Shown here in pieces: positions 9,150 to 18,181 of a DNA stretch of 64,000 bases; position 1 is the stretch's first letter, and each line of letters opens with the position of its first letter. A model generated the notes under the pieces. The model searched no databases and was not told where the DNA came from. It saw nothing but the letters and a program-made list of their open reading frames with translations. Origin of the DNA: Thermoproteota archaeon (GTDB lineage Archaea; Korarchaeota; Korarchaeia; B14-G2); the NCBI GenBank assembly GCA_037917675.1, contig JAVCBW010000025.1, positions 4,550-68,549 on the forward strand, written 5' to 3'. The position numbers were made by a program, and so were the translations under genes.

Positions 9150-10025
9150 ACCACACTTACATGTCTTAGCGACCTTGATGCAGCCTCAAGTATGATCTCT
9201 GGGTCTTTAGCTGCTATGCATAGGCAGTATGCCTTATCTTCTACCCCTCTAATCCAGTATTCTGATGCTACATTGATCTTCTCTCTTGAGAAGAGCCCAC
9301 TTTTCTCATAGTAGTACCCAGTGACTCTGCTGGCTTTTACATGAGATATCTCACCAGCCTCAAGCTGCTCTACTCCTGTGATAGCGAGCTCTCTTAATGA
9401 GCTTTTTAAACACCTTCTCTATCACTTGTGGGGGGGAGCCTTAAGCTGGCTAGCAAAGTGCTACCTTAGCAATATGAGTGATGTAAGCTCCTTTTTCAGG
9501 AGAGCGTAAGACTCTCCTATTGCTATGCTTATTCTCTGCATCTCGAACCCCTCTGGGAGCTCGAGAGACATGCCCAGCGTGGCCCATAGCTCCTTACCAT
9601 CTTCTCTATGGCATCTTAAGCTGCTAACCATGCGTCGGTAGGATAGCAGGTCAGCTAGCTCATTGTACATGTAGGTAAATAAGGTGATTATCCTCTTCTT
9701 CTGCTCACAGTACCATGTTAACCCTATCCCTGGCAGCACCTCCTACCTTAAGCTCGATAGCTTTATGCCCACGTACAGGTCTATGGGGCCTTCTCCTCAC
9801 TTTGAAGCCAGATTTGGAAAGCTTCTGCTCTATACACTTAGCTATCTCAGCTGGGCTGACAGCTATCTCAGCTGGCTCATAGCTTTCCAGCTTAGCTCAA
9901 GCCTTCTACCATACTTTAGGTCTGAAAAATGCAGCCTTCCCCTCCTCTCTTCTCGCCTTGATCTCAGATAGTTCCCATCCACTTGGGACTAGAAGCTCGA
10001 TGCCGACTACACCGAAGGGGTACAT
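9149..10025 (-). pseudogene. Candidate disrupted gene: three collinear minus-strand ORF fragments
   Basis: Three pieces: 10025->9740 with two in-frame stops, 9739->9461, and 9412->9149 which lacks a start codon. A G7 homopolymer at 9432-9438 sits between the pieces. No long intact ORF on either strand across about 900 bp. Confidence 0.25.
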
Positions 10026-10085
10026 GGTAGCATTAGCTAGCTGTGAAACCTTATTTTAAGCTATGAACAGTAGCTTAGTGGGGGG

Positions 10086-10478
10086 ATGTTGAAGGGAGCT
10101 AGGCTTAAGAGCGCTATAGGGATAAAGCTGAAGAGCTTAAGAGACCTTGGGAGGCTTGCTGCAGCACTATCATATAAGCCTCACTCTGAGACACCAGTGG
10201 TCTATAGGTTTAAGCTAGATGGAAGCGAGTACCTGGCAGTGCTCTACTTCACACCAGGCTACTATGACTTATCAGCTCTCCCGATACTCTACTACTACAA
10301 GCTTAAGGACGGAGAGATAGGAGATGAACCCTTCATAGCATACAAGATAGATGAGGAGGGAGAGGACATAAAGCTGGCTCGAGCCTACGCAGCAGGATAT
10401 AGGCTCTTCCCCATACTTGAGCTTGAAGCCCCGCATCCAATAATAAGAGAAGCCATCGAGGGGAGAAGGAGGGAGTAG
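10086..10478 (+). CDS. Hypothetical protein, translationally coupled to endoQ
   Basis: ORF only. Its stop overlaps the start of the next gene. Confidence 0.4.
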   Translation: MLKGARLKSAIGIKLKSLRDLGRLAAALSYKPHSETPVVYRFKLDGSEYLAVLYFTPGYYDLSALPILYYYKLKDGEIGDEPFIAYKIDEEGEDIKLARAYAAGYRLFPILELEAPHPIIREAIEGRRRE

Positions 10479-11750
10479 TTGGCTGAGAAAAGAGTGTACT
10501 TCGACGCACACATCCACAGCATGTACAGTAGAGCTACAAGTAAGGAGATGAACTTAGATACACTCTCTAGGCAGGCTGCAGCTAAGGGGCTGAACCTGCT
10601 TGGCACAGGAGACTTCACACACCCACTTTGGCTTAACTATCTTAAGAGCAAGCTCAAGCCAGTTGAGGGAAAGGGCCTCTATAGCTATGGTGGGATACTC
10701 TGGATGCTAACAGCTGAGGTGGCTACAGTATATGAGAAGGGAGGTAAGGTCAGGAAGATACATCACCTACTACATGCGCCAGACTTTGAGATAGTTGAGC
10801 AGATTAATGCTGAGCTATCCAGGTATGGTGACCTCACTATGGATGGTAGGCCCACATTCTCTGGGCTGACTTCTCCAGAGCTTGTCGAGATCCTCATGGA
10901 GGTCAGCAAGGACATCCTAGTGGTTCCAGCACACGCATGGACTAGCTGGTGGAGCATATTTGGAGCATTCTCTGGCTTCGACCACATTAAGGAGTGCTAT
11001 GAAGACCAGGTTAAGCACATCTATGCTATTGAAACAGGGTTAAGTAGTGATCCACCAATGAACTGGAGAGTAAGCTGGCTTGATAGCTATACGCTAGTAA
11101 GCAACTCAGATGCACATAGCCCTTGGACCTGGAGACTTGGGAGGGAGCTCAATGTCTTCAGCCTCAGAGAAGTCAGCTATTGGAGCATAGCTGAAGCTAT
11201 CAGGCAAAAAGATAGAAGCAGGCTCCTTTTCACAATAGAGGTCCCACCAGAGTATGGGAAGTACCACTATACTGGACATAGGAGCTGTGGCATCTCTCTA
11301 CATCCTAGGGAAGCTATGAGGCTCTCTAACGTGTGTCCAAAGTGCAGGAGGAAGCTGACTATAGGCGTGCTACAGAGGGTTGAGGAGCTAGCAGATAGGC
11401 CGGAAGGCTATAGGCCTCCTGATGCCATACCATTTAGGCATCTGCTGCCTCTATATGAGGTCATATCGTTCGCTACAGGCGTTAGAGCGCACTACTCTAG
11501 GAGAGTAGCTGAAACTGTGCACATGCTAGTCAGGAAGTTTGGCTCTGAGCTTAACACCCTCTTATATGCACCCTACTCAGAGATCAGGGAGGTTGCTGGA
11601 GAGAAGATAGCTAGTGTCATCATAGCTATGAGAAGAGGTAGTTTTAAGATAGAACCTGGATATGATGGTGTATATGGGAAGCCTGTCTTTGATGCCCAGC
11701 TTGGAGAACAGCAGTGTACCCTCCTGGAGTTTGGTGATGTAGTTGAGTAG
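10479..11750 (+). CDS. endoQ: Endonuclease Q (EndoQ), PHP-domain deaminated-base endonuclease
   Basis: N-terminal PHP motifs (YFDAHIHSMYS, LNLLGTGD, HHLL, PAHA, SNSDAHSP, RLGRE, GKYH) and a C-terminal zinc finger CPKCRRK. About 423 aa, as for Pyrococcus EndoQ. Confidence 0.75.
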   Translation: MAEKRVYFDAHIHSMYSRATSKEMNLDTLSRQAAAKGLNLLGTGDFTHPLWLNYLKSKLKPVEGKGLYSYGGILWMLTAEVATVYEKGGKVRKIHHLLHAPDFEIVEQINAELSRYGDLTMDGRPTFSGLTSPELVEILMEVSKDILVVPAHAWTSWWSIFGAFSGFDHIKECYEDQVKHIYAIETGLSSDPPMNWRVSWLDSYTLVSNSDAHSPWTWRLGRELNVFSLREVSYWSIAEAIRQKDRSRLLFTIEVPPEYGKYHYTGHRSCGISLHPREAMRLSNVCPKCRRKLTIGVLQRVEELADRPEGYRPPDAIPFRHLLPLYEVISFATGVRAHYSRRVAETVHMLVRKFGSELNTLLYAPYSEIREVAGEKIASVIIAMRRGSFKIEPGYDGVYGKPVFDAQLGEQQCTLLEFGDVVE

Positions 11751-12894
11751 GGCAGATCGTGAGCTAGAGCTGCTTAAGAAGATGCTTAGCAGTGATGACC
11801 TGGAGGAGATATGGATCAATGGGCCAGGCCTACCTGTCTTCGTCTGGCACAGGAGCAAAGGGATGGTAAACACAGGATATAGCTTCTCTAGAGAGACCAT
11901 AGTGGCATTTGCTAAGAGCATTGCTAGCATGAGCGGAAGGCCTCTCAGCGAGGACAGCCCACTTCTAGATGCAGCCTTGAGTACAGGAGATAGAGTTGCA
12001 ATAGCTTTGCCACCTGTTTCCCCGAGAGGCCCTTCGATAACGATTAGGAAGTTTAGGAGGAGGCTTTATAGCATAGTGGAGCTCATCGAGAATGGAACGA
12101 TAAATGATCTGGTGGGGGGGTTTCTGTGGGTTGCTGTAGAGGGGCTCCGTGTTAGGCCGCTAAACACCTTGATAATAGGAGGGACAGCAAGCGGAAAGAC
12201 TACGCTACTCAATGCCATGTGCACGTTCATACCTTCAAACGAGAGGGTCATAACTATAGAGGATACGAGAGAGCTCAACTTAAGCTTCATACCTAACTGG
12301 GAGCCACTGGAGGCTAAGCCAGGATATGCAGGAGGGAAGGGAGTCACCATGGATGACCTGCTCAAGCATGCTCTGAGAAAGAGGCCGAACAGGGTTATAG
12401 TCGGAGAGGTCAGGGGAAGTGAAGCTACTACACTGCTTCAAGCTATGAATATCGGACACCTGGGGTCCATGGGAACCCTACATGCTAACAGTGCTAGAGA
12501 CGCGATAACTAGGTTGACATCACCACCAATGAGCGTCCCCCCAGAGATGATTGGTGTACTAGACCTGATAGTCTGCTTGAGAGTATGGTATGCTAGAGGA
12601 GGCACAATAATCAGGAGGGTAAGTGAGATATATGTAGTGGGGGGGCTCGGTGAGAAGAAGCCTACAATGGATCCAGTCTTCAAGTATGATATAACATCAG
12701 ACAAGATCATGATGGAAGCTTATCCCTATCTAGCTTATGAGAAGATATCAGAGGTATTGTTGACATCACCAAAAGAGATAGAGAAGGAGGTTGAGAAGAG
12801 AGCAAGTATACTCAGAAGCATGGTTAAGAATGGCATAAAAGAGCTATCAGAGACAAGGAGAGTCTTTGAAAAATACTATGAGGGAAGCATCTAG
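11743..12894 (+). CDS. Type II/IV secretion-system family ATPase (TadA/VirB11/FlaI-like, short form)
   Basis: Walker A GTASGKTT, Asp box, and Walker B/His box (GEVRGSEA, LHANSA). Confidence 0.7.
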   Translation: MSRADRELELLKKMLSSDDLEEIWINGPGLPVFVWHRSKGMVNTGYSFSRETIVAFAKSIASMSGRPLSEDSPLLDAALSTGDRVAIALPPVSPRGPSITIRKFRRRLYSIVELIENGTINDLVGGFLWVAVEGLRVRPLNTLIIGGTASGKTTLLNAMCTFIPSNERVITIEDTRELNLSFIPNWEPLEAKPGYAGGKGVTMDDLLKHALRKRPNRVIVGEVRGSEATTLLQAMNIGHLGSMGTLHANSARDAITRLTSPPMSVPPEMIGVLDLIVCLRVWYARGGTIIRRVSEIYVVGGLGEKKPTMDPVFKYDITSDKIMMEAYPYLAYEKISEVLLTSPKEIEKEVEKRASILRSMVKNGIKELSETRRVFEKYYEGSI

Positions 12895-13018
12895 GCCTTT
12901 ACTGCCCTTATCATGCCTTTCCCGCTAGAATGCCATGCCAGCCAGTGGAATGGAAGGTGAGAGGTGACCTCATTTGATAGCAGGACTAAAAGCCTATAGT
13001 AAGCGAAAAAGTGCTTCG

Positions 13019-13693
13019 CTAGGCGATTCTCTCCACAGTTTCGACTACAATGCCATAGTGAGTTAGAGCTATTGGAATCAGCTGGGTTCTGATAGGGACT
13101 CCATGGATCTTCTGGATGAAGAGAGTGTGGTCTACCCGGTTCTCATGGACTTTAGCTTCAAAAGCTAGGACGCAGTCAGCTAGCTCCTCTATTACAGCCT
13201 TAGCTCTCGGATGTAGTACAGAAGAGTCTAGTAGAAGAGTTATCATAGGGCCACTCTTGACCTCTAAGGCTAGCTGAGCTACCAGCGTGATGAGTTCGGA
13301 GTCGCTTAAGAAGACAGAGAGCTCTGTGAGGGAGTCTACTAAGACATTGCTGGCATAGTTACATGCCTCCTTAACTCCTCTAGCTATCGGAGTAAGCTTT
13401 TCATCTGATGAGATGGAGCTAATCTGCTTTATTATGAGTAGATTAGTTTTAGGAAGGGTTCGTGAGACCATCCTCATCTGAGCCCTAACATAATTCATGT
13501 CCTTGAATACTGTTACTATGGCAGACTTCAGGCCGATCTGTGCTGCTTTGCTTATCATGGAGTAGGCAAAAGCATTTCTTAGAGATCCAATAGTACCTTC
13601 AAGAAGGACAAGAGAGCCTTTAGGAAGGCCTCCCTCTAAGTATGTGTCTAGAACCTCTACCCCAGTAGGAATCTTCTCTATAGGCTTACTCAA
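13019..13693 (-). CDS. KaiC/RecA-like ATPase, FlaH (ArlH)-like
   Basis: RecA-fold pattern with a deviant Walker A (LLEGTIGSLRN). Size of 224 aa fits FlaH. Located in the TFF locus. Confidence 0.5.
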   Translation of the reverse strand: MSKPIEKIPTGVEVLDTYLEGGLPKGSLVLLEGTIGSLRNAFAYSMISKAAQIGLKSAIVTVFKDMNYVRAQMRMVSRTLPKTNLLIIKQISSISSDEKLTPIARGVKEACNYASNVLVDSLTELSVFLSDSELITLVAQLALEVKSGPMITLLLDSSVLHPRAKAVIEELADCVLAFEAKVHENRVDHTLFIQKIHGVPIRTQLIPIALTHYGIVVETVERIA

Positions 13694-13726
13694 GTTCAGG
13701 CACCTGCAGCTTACTATTGATAGGTT

Positions 13727-14404
13727 CTAAGTAGTTTCCGGCTTCTTAGGAGACTCTTCACGCCTGCTACTATCTCTATGATGCGTCGCTTGTATTGCAG
13801 CTGTATCTGTGAGCTTTCTAATGTAGGAACCGATGTCGCCTAGCAGTGTGGTAAGGTTCTGTATCATATTGGATAGCTCTCCTATCAGCTCGTTTAAGGC
13901 AGTTATGCTCTGGTTCACTCTGGCAACCTCCTCGCTAAAAGACCTGATCTCGCTGATGCCATCAGAAACAGAGTCAAACTTATCACTCAGCTCAGAGAAC
14001 CTCTTAGCTAAGTGCTCTATTGAAGCTATCGTAGCAGCTATACCACGGTTAGCTTTAGCAATCTCCTCGCCAAGAGACCTGATCTCACTGATGCCATCAG
14101 ATATGGAGTCAAACTTATCACTTAGCTCGGAAACGCTTCTCGTTAGATCTGAGAGAGTTGATATTAGGAGCTCGTCTGTGACACTTGCCCCTCTAGAGAC
14201 CACATTTTCTCTTAGGAAAGTCTTTATAGAGTCTTCTGTTATCATGTTAGCTCTAAGCTGGACTATCAGGTACTCTAAATCTCTGAGCTGGTCTAGTATC
14301 CGCCCCATATATGTCAAGAGCACCTTGTTGGTAGCAGCTTCAGCCTCAGGTCTGCTCTCTTCAACTGCTTCCTTTTCAGCTTTCTTCCTGAACTGAATAG
14401 GCAA
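13727..14404 (-). CDS. Coiled-coil protein with 45-aa tandem repeat
   Basis: Two copies of SELSDKFDS[IV]SDGISEIRS..EE[IV]A..N..I, helical throughout. Confidence 0.5.
   Translation of the reverse strand: MPIQFRKKAEKEAVEESRPEAEAATNKVLLTYMGRILDQLRDLEYLIVQLRANMITEDSIKTFLRENVVSRGASVTDELLISTLSDLTRSVSELSDKFDSISDGISEIRSLGEEIAKANRGIAATIASIEHLAKRFSELSDKFDSVSDGISEIRSFSEEVARVNQSITALNELIGELSNMIQNLTTLLGDIGSYIRKLTDTAAIQATHHRDSSRREESPKKPETT
13927..14150. repeat. About 135-nt direct repeat, two copies, inside the coiled-coil gene
   Basis: Nucleotide-level duplication: cctcctcgctaaaagacctgatctcgctgatgccatcag (around 13927) versus tctcctcgccaagagacctgatctcactgatgccatcag (around 14062). Confidence 0.6.
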
Positions 14405-14435
14405 ATTCCCTCCTCTCTACCTCTATAAGCCTAAC

Positions 14436-15305
14436 TTATATAAGCTTAAAGAGCAGTATATATGAGAAGGGAAGCAGCGCTAACACGTGCTTTAATGCAG
14501 GTGCTATGCTTCCATATACGAATTTGCCTGAAAGCAGTCCAGCAGAGATAGCTTGAGCAAGTGAGAAGTAGTAGAAGTAGTATTTGTATCTTGTCATCTG
14601 CTCCTGGACTATTGCTGCTATAACCTCTTGGTTTATTGTGGTAACTTCACCTCCAAGTGCCCCACCACCCATAGTGGCCTGTATAGCTAGGATCTGTGGG
14701 AGGAAAGTTTTCATCAGAACTAGGACTATTATTAAGAAGACTGCATAGGCTAGGTACATTGTCCACTGGTAAGGCCTCAGCTGGCCCTCTTTCTCCTTTA
14801 AGATAGTCCTTATCTGCCTCGAGTCTCTTGCTACGCTTTCCAGGATGTGTCTGACGTCTCCTCCAGCTCTAGAGGCTTCAACTATTATGGAAATAGACCT
14901 CTTTACAGGGAACGTTGGGATTCTATGGGTAAATGCCTTTAGTGCCATCTCCAGTGGGACACCCATTTTAATCTGTGTTGATATCCTCTTTATCTCTGGT
15001 GTGAGAGCTCCATAGTCTCTTTGGCTTGCTTCAGCGAAGGCATGTGGTATAGACATTCCAGTTGCCTGCATCATTGCTAGGTCTCTGACGAAATCTGGTA
15101 GGTGCTCCTCTACACTCCGCATTCTTCTAAACTCTATTTCTTTCAGGGCTGTTATAGGTGTCAAGGCTATGTAGATAGATACCAGAATAATGAGGTGGAA
15201 TGTATCAGAGTATCCAAACTTGTCATATCCCATAGCCAGTGTGACTATGGCTATGATGAGTGAAACTGCCCCTACAACAACCTTTACTCTAGTGGGTATC
15301 AGCAA
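14436..15305 (-). CDS. Polytopic membrane protein, T2SS-F/TadC/FlaJ-like domain
   Basis: N- and C-terminal transmembrane helices bracketing a cytoplasmic domain. Position next to the TFF ATPases. Confidence 0.45.
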   Translation of the reverse strand: MLIPTRVKVVVGAVSLIIAIVTLAMGYDKFGYSDTFHLIILVSIYIALTPITALKEIEFRRMRSVEEHLPDFVRDLAMMQATGMSIPHAFAEASQRDYGALTPEIKRISTQIKMGVPLEMALKAFTHRIPTFPVKRSISIIVEASRAGGDVRHILESVARDSRQIRTILKEKEGQLRPYQWTMYLAYAVFLIIVLVLMKTFLPQILAIQATMGGGALGGEVTTINQEVIAAIVQEQMTRYKYYFYYFSLAQAISAGLLSGKFVYGSIAPALKHVLALLPFSYILLFKLI

Positions 15306-15373
15306 GATCCCACTAGAGGCTTGCTCCTGGCAACTTTAATAAACTATACTCTCGTTCAGATTATGGGGAGATT

Positions 15374-16975
15374 TTGAAAAGTGCAAAGAAGGAAACTGCC
15401 ACAAGCATCAGCAAACTATCTGCTGAAATAAGCTTTAGACCACGTAGTATAGAGGATAGGAGGGTGCTTGAAGTTAAGCCTCTCATAAAGCCGTTCGCTT
15501 ATGCTGTCTTAAGGCAGCTACCAACAGGGGAGAAGATATATCTTGTGCTAGAGCCTCCATTGAGCAAGGATGAGAAGAAGGTAGTAGAGAAGATAGAGAA
15601 GCTCCTCATAGAGTCTATCGACATGGATTTCGAGGTCTTTGTAGATAAAGCTGAGCTAAAGAGCTTTGTTGAAAAGAGGGTTAGAGAGCTCCTCAGGCTG
15701 CTTGGTGTAAAGGTGAGTGAGAAAGAGTTCCAGAAGATACTTTACTATGTCTATAGGGACTTTGCAGGGCTGGAGAAGATAGAGCCACTTATGCACGACC
15801 CTGATATAGAAGACATATCATGTGATGGCTACGGTAAGGATAGGCCTGTTTTCATATACCATAAGCTGTATCAGAACATACCAACGAACATTTACTTTGA
15901 AACAGAGGAGGAGCTCAACAGGTTTCTCATAAAGCTTGCTCAGAAGTGTGGGAAGCACATTTCAGTTGCAGAGCCAATCTTAGATGGAAGGCTACCAGAT
16001 GGAAGCCGTGTGCAAGCTACATATGGCAGAGAAGTAACGAGGCATGGAGGAACATTTACAATAAGGAAGTTCACAGTTAACCCTCTTACCCCAATAGACC
16101 TGATAAAATATGGGACTTTTGATACTAAGTCGATGGCTTTCCTCTGGTATGCCATGGAGAACAAGGTGAGTGTTCTCGTATGTGGGAGTACTGCTGTAGG
16201 GAAGACTACAACTCTAAACTGCCTACTGATGTTTGCTCACCCTGATGCTAAGATAGTCACAATAGAGGAGACACCAGAGATAAGGATCCCCCACAAGAAT
16301 TGGATATCATCTGTTACTAGATCTGGGTATGGCGCATACATAGGAGATAGGAGGATTGGAGAGATAGACATGTTTGACTTACTCAAAGCTGCACTGAGGC
16401 AGAGGCCAGATTTCCTCGTCATAGGAGAGATAAGAGGGAGAGAGGCGTACACTCTGTTCCAGGCTATGGCAAGTGGGCACATGGGAATGTCGACTCTCCA
16501 CGCTGACTCTGTGGAGGATGTCATCCATAGGCTAGAGGGGAAGCCTATAAATGTGCCTAGAGTTATGCTTAAGCTATTAAACCTGATAATATTCCAAAGC
16601 AACATAGTACTGCCGAGTGGAAAGATTGGTAGAAGAGTAAAGGTAATACAGGAGGTTGTTGATGTAGATCCCATAACTAGGGAGCTCCTAGTAAACAAGG
16701 TATTCTATAGAGACCCTATAGCAGACAGGCTCATCTTCACTGGAAGAAGCTATTACTTGGAGAAGATAGAGGAGGAAAAGGGCATACCACTCGAGAAAAG
16801 CCTTGAGGAAATAGAGAACAGGAGGCTTGTGCTAGAGTGGCTTGTCAAAAATGACATAAGAGACTATGAGAGCGTCACTAGCGTAATCAGAAGGTACTAT
16901 GCTGATAAGGATGGCATACTAGCGAAGATTAGAAGTAGGCTCTATGAGAGCACAGATAGCTCATCTAGCCGTTAG
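15374..16975 (+). CDS. FlaI/ArlI-like archaeal TFF assembly ATPase
   Basis: 533 aa. Walker A GSTAVGKTT, GEIRGREA and LHADS motifs, with a FlaI-like N-terminal domain. Confidence 0.75.
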   Translation: MKSAKKETATSISKLSAEISFRPRSIEDRRVLEVKPLIKPFAYAVLRQLPTGEKIYLVLEPPLSKDEKKVVEKIEKLLIESIDMDFEVFVDKAELKSFVEKRVRELLRLLGVKVSEKEFQKILYYVYRDFAGLEKIEPLMHDPDIEDISCDGYGKDRPVFIYHKLYQNIPTNIYFETEEELNRFLIKLAQKCGKHISVAEPILDGRLPDGSRVQATYGREVTRHGGTFTIRKFTVNPLTPIDLIKYGTFDTKSMAFLWYAMENKVSVLVCGSTAVGKTTTLNCLLMFAHPDAKIVTIEETPEIRIPHKNWISSVTRSGYGAYIGDRRIGEIDMFDLLKAALRQRPDFLVIGEIRGREAYTLFQAMASGHMGMSTLHADSVEDVIHRLEGKPINVPRVMLKLLNLIIFQSNIVLPSGKIGRRVKVIQEVVDVDPITRELLVNKVFYRDPIADRLIFTGRSYYLEKIEEEKGIPLEKSLEEIENRRLVLEWLVKNDIRDYESVTSVIRRYYADKDGILAKIRSRLYESTDSSSSR

Positions 16976-16990
16976 CATGAGGGGAGGGAT

Positions 16991-17194
16991 ATGGATAGGA
17001 GAAAGAAGGCACATGTCATTAGATTCTATGGGAGGATTGGAGCTGAGCTTATGGAGCTAGATGCAAAATTAGACAACTTATATTTGAGGGGGAAGATCTC
17101 GAGTGAAGTTTACCTGAAGGTGAAGCATATAGTTAGGAGGTATGAGGAGAAGGTGGAGAGGTTTTTAGCTGAGGTGGAGGGGCTAGTAGGCTAG
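16991..17194 (+). CDS. Small hypothetical helical protein
   Basis: ORF only. Confidence 0.3.
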   Translation: MDRRKKAHVIRFYGRIGAELMELDAKLDNLYLRGKISSEVYLKVKHIVRRYEEKVERFLAEVEGLVG

Positions 17195-17919
17195 CTGATA
17201 TGGGCAGCTATCTTCTCAGCTACCTCCTTTAGCGCTTTGGTAGCTTTAGCTCTTGGATATCTCTCAGCTAGAACCTCGAGTCGCATTGTAGCTTTCCTGA
17301 CCACCTTATCATTGGGGACTACACCTATTACTTGAACTCCCAAGATCTCCTCTATCTTATGGACAGCTCTCCTTACAGCTCCTCTCCATCCTATTACGTC
17401 ATTTAGCACCAGGCCTATAGGCTGCCGCTGAAGCTTGTCTGCAAGCGACTTCAGCTTAAGAGCGGCATCAATACCCCAGGGGTTAAGTTCCTCAACAAGC
17501 ATATACCTATCTGAGGCAGCCATAGAAGCTATGACTACGCTGTTTATCCCAGCAGGAGCATCTATTAGAGTCGCATCAACGTTACTCTGAGAGGTTTCTA
17601 GCAGCTTTTCCGCAAGTATCTTTGGGCTGCTGGTAACTAAATCATGTAGGGCTGTACCAGATGGGACAACAAATAGATTTGGAAGTAGAGGTGTTGGCCT
17701 CATTATCTGAGTTAGCTTGATGGCAGGATCTTTTAGAGCGTCTCTGAGCGATAGAGTATAGTTCACCTTGAAGAGCCTAGTCAAGCATGATAAGCCTACG
17801 TCAGCGTCTATCAGACATGTCTTCTTTCTGTACTCTGATGCAAGGATATAGCCTAAGCTAGCAGCTACTGTAGTCTTCCCTGTTCCACCTTTACCTGAGA
17901 CTATGGCTATAGTAAGCAA
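17191..17919 (-). CDS. MinD/ParA-family P-loop ATPase
   Basis: Deviant Walker A GKGGTGKTT at the N-terminus. Size of 242 aa fits. Confidence 0.75.
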   Translation of the reverse strand: MLTIAIVSGKGGTGKTTVAASLGYILASEYRKKTCLIDADVGLSCLTRLFKVNYTLSLRDALKDPAIKLTQIMRPTPLLPNLFVVPSGTALHDLVTSSPKILAEKLLETSQSNVDATLIDAPAGINSVVIASMAASDRYMLVEELNPWGIDAALKLKSLADKLQRQPIGLVLNDVIGWRGAVRRAVHKIEEILGVQVIGVVPNDKVVRKATMRLEVLAERYPRAKATKALKEVAEKIAAHIS

Positions 17920-17927
17920 GTGCTCAC

Positions 17928-18137
17928 CTAGAGACTTCTGAAGACGTCGAGCTCCTCTAGGGGAGACTTTTTCTCTGCCTCCTCTATCATCCTCTTAATC
18001 GCTTGTATTTCTCTGAGCATTGCTTCAAGATCCTCCTCAGTAAGCTCGCTTTTCCCACTGAGGTAGATTCTTATTCTGTCAGCTGCTAGGATACCAGCTA
18101 GCACCCAGCCTGAGAGAGAGATCGGGTCTAAGCTCAT
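17928..18137 (-). CDS. Small protein immediately downstream of crenactin (candidate arcadin-like partner)
   Basis: 69 aa, helical, with an amphipathic C-terminal tail SPLEELDVFRSL. Assigned by context only. Confidence 0.3.
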   Translation of the reverse strand: MSLDPISLSGWVLAGILAADRIRIYLSGKSELTEEDLEAMLREIQAIKRMIEEAEKKSPLEELDVFRSL

Positions 18138-18181
18138 GGTATCCTCTCTACATGTATCAGGTATTTAAATGTCTTAGGCTG

